A stretch of DNA of 40,691 nt from Hyphochytrium catenoides. Its lineage: Eukaryota > Protista > Hyphochytriomycota. The translations under genes and the position numbers were made by a program. Under the pieces are notes generated by a model. That model saw only the letters and a program-made list of their open reading frames with translations, was not told the origin of the DNA and did not search any database. The stretch covers positions 1 through 40,691 of the forward strand of contig FLMG01002443.1 of the NCBI GenBank assembly GCA_900088475.1, given 5' to 3'. Positions 33,718-40,691 of the stretch are shown here, piece after piece (positions within the stretch are counted from its first letter, which is position 1; each line of letters starts with the position of its first letter).

Positions 33718-36315
33718 TCATGGGCTGACCCCTGGCACTGTGTGCCTCGATTCTTCGTAAGGAGAGAGGAATCGGAGGATGGATACTGTGGATTCTCCGT
33801 CCTGCACTTCCTCTTGTTTGCTTAACGGCCTATACGTCCACTGACGGAACCAACCGTGAGGGATGTAGACCATCTCTCCCTCTTTGACTGTGCACTGGGC
33901 GCTGGCAGCTGACCGAAAGCGTGGATAATGAGAAAGATCTGAGACTCCAGGAAGCACCTGAAGCAAGATGAGAAGTTGATCGAGATGTCAGAAGAAAGTT
34001 TTTGTCAGCTGCGCCTGCCAGACATCTGCGGTCGCGCACTCTTGCTCTTCCCTGGATCGCGCCAGGGAATCACTCTATCTCTCTTATTTTTTTCTCATTC
34101 TATGGAAATGCTCTTACCTGGCTATAGTGCGCGGTCTGCTGGGCCAATATCTTAGAGACTCCATAAACGATCGCCCCATCTCTACTTACTCTGTCTGGAG
34201 AGACGTGCGAGTAGAGATTGAAGACATCGGCAGGTGAGAAGAGCGTGAGTGAAGCCTCTCCTCGAAGAAGGGCAGAGAGCTCGTCCGTGTCCTCGTGAAA
34301 GAGCCAGGTGGAGAGAGAAGACTGCGAAAAGAAGAGAAAGAGAAAGAGAAGGATGCTTTAAGACGAGGGAAGAATGGACTCTAGCGTAATAGTAGAAGAG
34401 GGAACGAGACGCAATGAGATGAAAGACCTGCGCCCGTTATTCTATCGTGAGAAGATCAACGAAGGAAGGCTCGGCAGATGAGAAATTCGGGAGAGGATGG
34501 AAGAGAGAGCGAGAGGGCGAATCGGGTCTCATGATGAGAATGTCGAGTAGAGACAAAGGGGAACAGAACTCTGAGGAAAACAGAGGGCAAGAATAAGCAG
34601 AGGGAGAGTGCGGAAAAGTGTGAGATTAGAGGGCACAGCCAAGCTAATTAAAAGGTCAAGATCAGTGGTAGGCTCAATAAGGAAAGAGCAGAGCGTGGTC
34701 GGTACCCCTTCGTTAACTGTTCCGAGAGTCAGATCCACAGCAAAGACCGGCGTGTGATGATAGAAGTGAGGGATGGACCAGGAGCGGCTCAGCCGGTCCA
34801 GAGGAGCCTGCGCCAGCCTGCCATCTTCTTGGCGCCTCCTGAAAGTCAGCTGCCGTAAAAAGCGCATGGAGAGAGTGCCCCACCAAGAGATAGAGGGGAA
34901 GAAGAGGGATAGTAAGAGACGCGATGGGGAGAGAAAAGGCGAAGGACACCAACAATTATGCACGAGGAAAGGTTCTTAGAGTGCAACAGGAGCAAGTGGA
35001 AAGAAGAGGTTCTTGGCAATCCTTTGAACGTTGTCACTTTCCTTTCTTCAGACATCTGGTCCTTTCTCTCTCTTCCCTCGCTCATTACCCTCTTTTCTCT
35101 TCCTCTCGCTCTAACGACAACTCTTCTTTCATGGCCCAATAGATGGCAAGGGCCCGCTGCGGACGACCACGGAACCTCACCGTTGGCTCTCTCAGTCTTA
35201 CCAGCAACGATTCTTGCTTTCTGCGTGCTTCCCGCAGAATGCCTAGCGCTTTCCGGGCAGGGAGAGAGAGAATAGAGGAATTCACAGCAATCGCCCCTTT
35301 TGCATCCAGTCTCGGCTCTCTGTGCTCGCTTACCCAGACTCCTTGCTCGGCACACTCTCTCTCTATGGCCTCTGGGCGCAGCATTGAGGGTTGCCATCCC
35401 AGTCTCTCAAACAAAGAGTCTGGGGCACGAGGAGAAGAAGTGGAGGCCGAGGAAGCTGCAGTTATTATGACAGGCCGCCGCTTGTGCACGAAGTCCCTAA
35501 AGAAAGTTTCTGAAGATGGAATCTCGTCGTAGGAGATGCGCGCACAACCCTCTCCCGCCTCTGATGACACACAGAGCAGGGCAGGAGAACAAGGAGAGAG
35601 ACAAAGAGGTCAGATAAGGCGGAGAGAGACGAAGCACGGAGATAATGAGGAGGAATAGGACGGAGCACGAAGAGAGAGGTAGGAGAAAGAAAGAGTGTTA
35701 GTGAGTGAGAGTGGAGGGCGCCGGGAAGGGGAGACAGGAAGAGAGAGAGAAGGAAGAAAGAGAAACAAGCGAGAGAGAGAGAGAGAGAGAAAGAGAGAAA
35801 GAGGGAGAGACGACAGAAGCAAAGAGGCCGCACAGACAGATCAGCTAGATCTTTTAAAAGAGTGATGAAGGTGAGGCGGCGGGAGAAAGAAAGAGACACT
35901 TACGAATCTTGGTGCCAGCGTACTCGTTCCTAAGTTTCTCCCCATGGAAGAGACTGGTGAAGCCTGTCACGACGAGCGTCTCTCTCACGGTGTAGAAGAG
36001 CAGCCCCGCGGCCAGCAGGATAAGAGTGACGCCGATCAGAGGGTCCAGCACGCGCCAGACGCGCGCCCATCGCCTCCTCAGCCATTCTCTGAAGTCCTTA
36101 GGAGGCGGCTCCACAGGGACATGGCGATGCGCGCTCTCTCTCTCTTTCTCCTTGCGTGCTGCCACTTGAGGATCTCGTTCTATCGTTAGATTCTGCAGAA
36201 AGGTAGGGCCTGCAGCTGTGCCCCTCTCGTGTGGAGCTCTCTTCTCTTCGCCTTCTTTCGCTGCGGGAGGAGCTCCTCTGGCTGTGCGTCTGGTGAGCTG
36301 ATCTGCAGAGCTCAT
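33718..36315 (-). CDS. JmjC/Cupin_8-domain protein with N-terminal TM anchor, 5 exons: 36315-35904, 35560-35202, 34849-34706, 34321-34118, 33957-33718 (~452 aa)
   Basis: All four introns are GT-AG and join in frame. Motifs: TM LIGVTLILLAAGLLFYTV; FFRDFVHKRRPVII; LAQAPL..L...W.IP; FHEDTDELSALLRGEASLTLFSPADVFNLY; HYS; YPRF; TVKEGEMVYIPHGWF. Confidence 0.85.
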
Positions 36316-36384
36316 CGTGGAAGATGAGCTTTACCGCCCGCCACTCACTCTATCTGCTCTTCTAGTGGCACTTCCACAAGAATT

Positions 36385-36770
36385 ATCTCTCTCTCTCTCT
36401 CTCTCTTTCTTTCTCTCTCTCTCTCTTTGTCTCTCTCTCTCTCTCTCTCTCGCTCTCTGGTCCTTCTCGCTCTTCTATTTCCCCGCTTCCCTGTTGGTCT
36501 ACACTTCTCCGCTTTCGTTTTGCGCACTGTCGTCAATCCTGCAGCCTTCCTTCCCCTTTTCAGTTATCTCTCTGTCTCTGCTTCCTTCTCGGCCTTGTCC
36601 TTATCCTTCATCCTTGGCGCTCTCTCTCTCGTCTCTCCTCTCTCGGGCTATCTCAGTCTCTCTTTCCACTTCCTCTCTCTCTCCGTTTTCCTCCTCTTCC
36701 TCGCTTTCTCTCTCTCTGTCGCCAGCCCTGCTCCTCCCACCCCCACACATTATCTTAGGACAAGATCTTT
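36385..36770. repeat. (CT)n/polypyrimidine tract in the divergent JmjC-AKR intergenic region (GA-rich block follows at ~36825-36950)
   Basis: Low-complexity dinucleotide runs seen directly. Confidence 0.85.
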
Positions 36771-37236
36771 CCAAGGTCACTCTGTCTTTCCTTGAGACCG
36801 TTAGCGGCTAGATGAGAGACGACTAGGAGAGAGCGTGCAGGGAAGAGAACTTGGGGGAGAGAAAGAGAGAGAGAGGAAGAGAGAAGAAAAGGGAGACATA
36901 CAGAGAGAGGGAGAGGACGAGAGCACCAGAACGAAGAGAACGAGAGAGAGACAGTAGTTCTACTCTTGCTCTATAATCTAGGAAGCTAAGGATAGCGTTG
37001 CCTGCTGTCTTCACCGTCCATAGCACACTTCCTTGTCCTTTCTTCTACAAGGCTCCCTACTAGGGAGCTCCAAGCGCCAGGATCGAAGAAGGCAGGACCC
37101 GCCCCACGCGGTCGCTGCTCCTGCTGCCGCTGCTGCAGCCGCAGCTGTGTCAAGCAAGAACCATTTGGCAAGTGAGGTCAGGCCATCGGACGATAGAGCA
37201 GAGGTTTCTTTCTGTTCGGACAGGCCAGCGGCCACT

Positions 37237-39331
37237 ATGATACTGCTCCGAGGTGCTGAAGGTCAGAGCGTCTCGATGCCCAGGCTGGGCTTGGGGACGT
37301 TCAAGATGACGGCGGCGCACAAGGAGCTCACGGCGGCGGCGATCAGGATGGGCTACAGGCTCATTGACACCGTGAGACGATGCCACCGACCTTCTCGTTG
37401 TGCGCTAGCCCTGGCATTAACCCTTCTTATGGGATACCTCCTCTTCTTAGCCTGTCTTGTCAAGTGTTGATCTCTGCCCTACCCATGATCTCTCTCCATC
37501 GGTCCCTCTCTTTCTCTCTCCGTCTACCTCTGTCTCTCACTCGCCTGTTTCTGCTGACTTTCCGCTCTTTGGTTCACCTGCGTTAAAAGCTTCCTCTCAT
37601 GGCTCTCTCTTCTCACTCTCTAGGCTGAGATATATAAGAATGAAGGCGTTATAGCTGACGCCATTGAGGCCAGCGGCGTGTCCAGAGAGGAGGTCAGCGG
37701 TCACCTTCTTCTGCGTCTCTCATATACTTCTTTCTCTCCAAGTCTTTCTCTTCAAGAAATGGCTAAGATTGCCATGATCCACACTTTCTCTTACTCTTTG
37801 CACCTCGCCATCTCCTTTCCTCTTTTCCGCTTAAAAGCGGTCGTCCTTCTCTTTCATCCTCCTCCTCCTCTGCCCCGCACCACTACAGAGTCTTCTCTCT
37901 CTCTTCCTCTCCTTCTCTCTCTCTCTCTCTCTCTCTCGCTCTCCCAAGCTAGAAGCTCTCCATGTGTGCATTTCTGCCTTGCACTGGCTCTCGCCTCGTG
38001 ATGTTTCTCATCCATCTCACTCTCAGTCCTTTCCCAGCTCTTCATCACAACCAAAGCTTCTCCCTTCTCTCAAGGAGAAAAGGAAGTGACCCAAGCAATA
38101 GACAGATCCTTGGAGAAGCTTCGGACGCGGTACATCGACCTTGTAGGAGAGCAATCTCCCTTTACCGATCTCATACCATCCTCCTTCTCTTTGTACTGAT
38201 AATGCATCTTCACTATCTAACCATCGCTGCCCCATTATGCCGCTAAATCGTCATATTCTCTGGCTATCCTTTCTTTCTTTCTTTCTCTCTCTCACTCACA
38301 CTCTCTCTCTCTGAATCTCCCCTCTTTCCGGGTGTCAGGCTCTCTTCCTTTATCCTCGGTGCCCTCTGGAAGACGCTCGTCTCTCTGCCTCCTATCTCCT
38401 CACGGCACATGGTCTGATATGTCTGTCTTTTCAGTATTTGATACACTGGCCAGGGGCGAGCAAGCTGAAGCCGGAAAGTGCCCTTCATAAAGAGAAGAGA
38501 ACAGGCAGCTGGGTAGGGATGCAGAAAGCACTGATGGACGGAAAGGTGGAAGACGGAAGCAAGACTATTCCCTCTTTGTTCTCTTTGATGTCTTTCCTTC
38601 TTTCTCTGTCTCTCTCTCTCCTCTCTCTCTCTCTCCCTCTTTTCTCTCTCTCTCTCTCTCTTCCCGGGGTCCGGGGTCCTTAATGTTCTGCTCTTTGTTG
38701 GCACTAGCTATTCTCCAAGAAGCAGTTTCTTAGCTTTACAAATAGAGCTAAAAATAGAGGAGCATTTCTGCCCTGAGTCTTTTCTCTCTCCATTCTTTCT
38801 TGCTCTTCCTTTCTCTTGAGCGGCTTCTCCTCATCCTTTGTTTTGACAAACTGCTGTTTAGCAATCTGATTCCTCGTGATAACCTCCTCCCTAGGTCAGA
38901 GCTATTGGCGTCAGTAACTTTGAGGTGCGACATCTGCAGGAGCTCATTGAGGACGAGCGGGTAACGATCTCTCCCGCAGTTAATCAGGTGATTTATAGCT
39001 GACTCTGTCTTAGCCCTCGACTCAACCTCCTTTGTGTGGCGATCTGATGCATCCCCTACATAGGTGGAGCTCCATCCTCTATACCCTCAGAAGTCTCTTC
39101 TCTCCTTCTGCAACGACCACGGAATCCATGTGCAGGCTTATTCTTCTCTAGGCTCGGGGTCTCCGCTGCTGCTGCAGAATGAGGAGATCAAAGCAATAGC
39201 GCAAAAGAAAGGGATTACTGTCGCGCAGGTCGGGTCATACATTGCTTTCTGTCTCTCTCTCCCTTTCTGCAATGTAGAATGTGAGAGGAGGATCCTCCGA
39301 CGCACGGTCTATCTATGACTATAGATAGATG

Positions 39332-39368
<37 letters not shown>

Positions 39369-39923
39369 CCCGTGCGAAGGAGACTGCCCATGAGAGCGAG
39401 AGGATCAGGGCCAGAGGATCGAAAAACAGCGCCCCCTAAGCATTTCACGCCAAGCGATGGGGAAAACCTGTTTTACAGAGGAGGCGCCATCTGCTCGTAG
39501 TTTATTGAAACTGTCTGGAAGTCACAGCGGGTGTCACCCTTCCTTGAACCGCCCGCCGCTCTTCTCCCTGGATGTCACAGGGGTTGTCATCTACACTTCT
39601 TTTCTTCGTACTCGCTAAACAAGTGAGGCTCCTCGCCTGTTCATGGTCTGGTCGCCGAGCCTCACTCCGTCCATCTTCCCTTCCAGGTCCTTTTACGATG
39701 GGGTCTCCAGCGCGGTCTTTCTGTGCTTCCCAAGGCTTCTTCACAATCTCGCCTATGCGAGAATCTGGAAGTGTTAGATGTGGAAGAAGCTAGAAGCGAC
39801 AAGCAGGAGAAGGGAGAAAAGAATGCAATACGACTGTCCGACCAGGAGATGGAGGCGTTGAACTCTCTACATAGAACAGCGGGAGAGCATAAGTTTTGCT
39901 GGGATCCCGCGAAGATCGCCTAG
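37237..39923 (+). CDS. Aldo-keto reductase (AKR1/5-like), 7 exons: 37237-37371, 37624-37692, 38038-38142, 38435-38545, 38895-38987, 39064-39228, 39687-39923 (~304 aa)
   Basis: MPRLGLGTFK, GYRLIDT|AEIYKNE, LFITTK, YIDL|YLIHWP, K|VRAIGVSNF, PAVNQ|VELHP, QAYSSLG, AQ|VLLRWGLQRG.SVLPKAS...RLCENL. Catalytic D-Y-K-H tetrad intact; six GT-AG introns. The start is uncertain because the frame is open upstream to 37033. Confidence 0.95.
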
Positions 39924-40691
39924 AGGACGGAGAGAACCAGAAACGAGCATCAACGATAGATAAACGGCCTACCTTTGCAAGCTACGGGTCGTTGCACAGT
40001 GCAATATCCTTCGCCCATCGCTGCACGATATCAGGGAGGGCATAGTAGCGAAGTGAACCTCCAACGACTTGTATGAAAAGGGTACAGAGCAGGGGCTTGG
40101 CGCCTTACATGGCAAGAGGAAGGTATAGATAGGGATAGGCTACGTCCGCCTGAGAACAGAGAACCTGCAGCTATGGACAGCGACGATAGCGGGAGATTGT
40201 AAAAGACTCAGTCTAGGCTCAAGTGTCCTGCTGGTGCGCAGTCTGTTCATTGACTTTGACTTCCATAAGGTCTAATAAATATGATGGGCAGGTCAGAATG
40301 CTCTGTCCGCCCCTTAGGGGATGGGATTGCGGCACGGCTTTTCCTCATCTACCCTCTGCTATCTCATCAAGAGACGTACACGAGATGTCTTCTTCACGCT
40401 GCTCGTCACCGCAAGCAGCACGACCACTTTGGCCTTGGCAGGGGTTAAAAGGCCATCCTCTGGCACGCGTCGAAGAAGCTTGCTGCGAAGGAATCTAGCA
40501 GAGATTAAAAAGGGGCAACGTTTGCACACGCTCCCTCTAAGTCCCGCTAGTCTTTTACTAACTGACTGACTCTTCACAGTTTCCAGCTGTTGGAGACACC
40601 TCATGAGCGGACTAGAGTGACGCAGACCGATATGTCGTCCATCTTCCCATGGGAGAGCTCAAAGAAGTATTTGAGGGCCAGGCAATCGTAA

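Noticed and set aside
1-40691. Alternative genetic code (stop reassignment) explaining the broken frames
   Set aside because: Intact genes end at TAG (6-TM paralogues, BT1, AKR) and TGA (MBL, JmjC) and contain no internal stops; most relics also have frameshifts.

Overview
Eukaryotic (protist-like; possibly stramenopile/SAR, inferred only from protein style) genomic scaffold, roughly 50% GC, with GT-AG spliceosomal introns, CT/GA microsatellite tracts and three N-gaps. Seven apparently intact genes are supported. On the + strand: a bacterial-type, intronless metallo-beta-lactamase-fold hydrolase (9703-10572); a tandem array of three intronless paralogues of an uncharacterised ~6-TM membrane protein (12546-13877, 17463-18806, 21135-22349); a 2-exon BT1/folate-biopterin transporter (31114-33118); and a 7-exon aldo-keto reductase (37237-39923). 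On the - strand, head-to-head with the reductase: a 5-exon membrane-anchored JmjC/Cupin_8 protein with degenerate metal ligands (36315-33718). Much of the intergenic DNA looks like decayed coding sequence (possible kinase, MFS/GPH transporter, PH-domain and tyrosine-recombinase relics), with some local duplications. The best candidate for an undescribed system is the 6-TM receptor/channel-like paralogue array, which lies next to a probably horizontally acquired lactonase-like hydrolase. No rRNA, tRNA, CRISPR array or intact mobile element was recognised. All family assignments come from motif recognition by eye; no database search was run.
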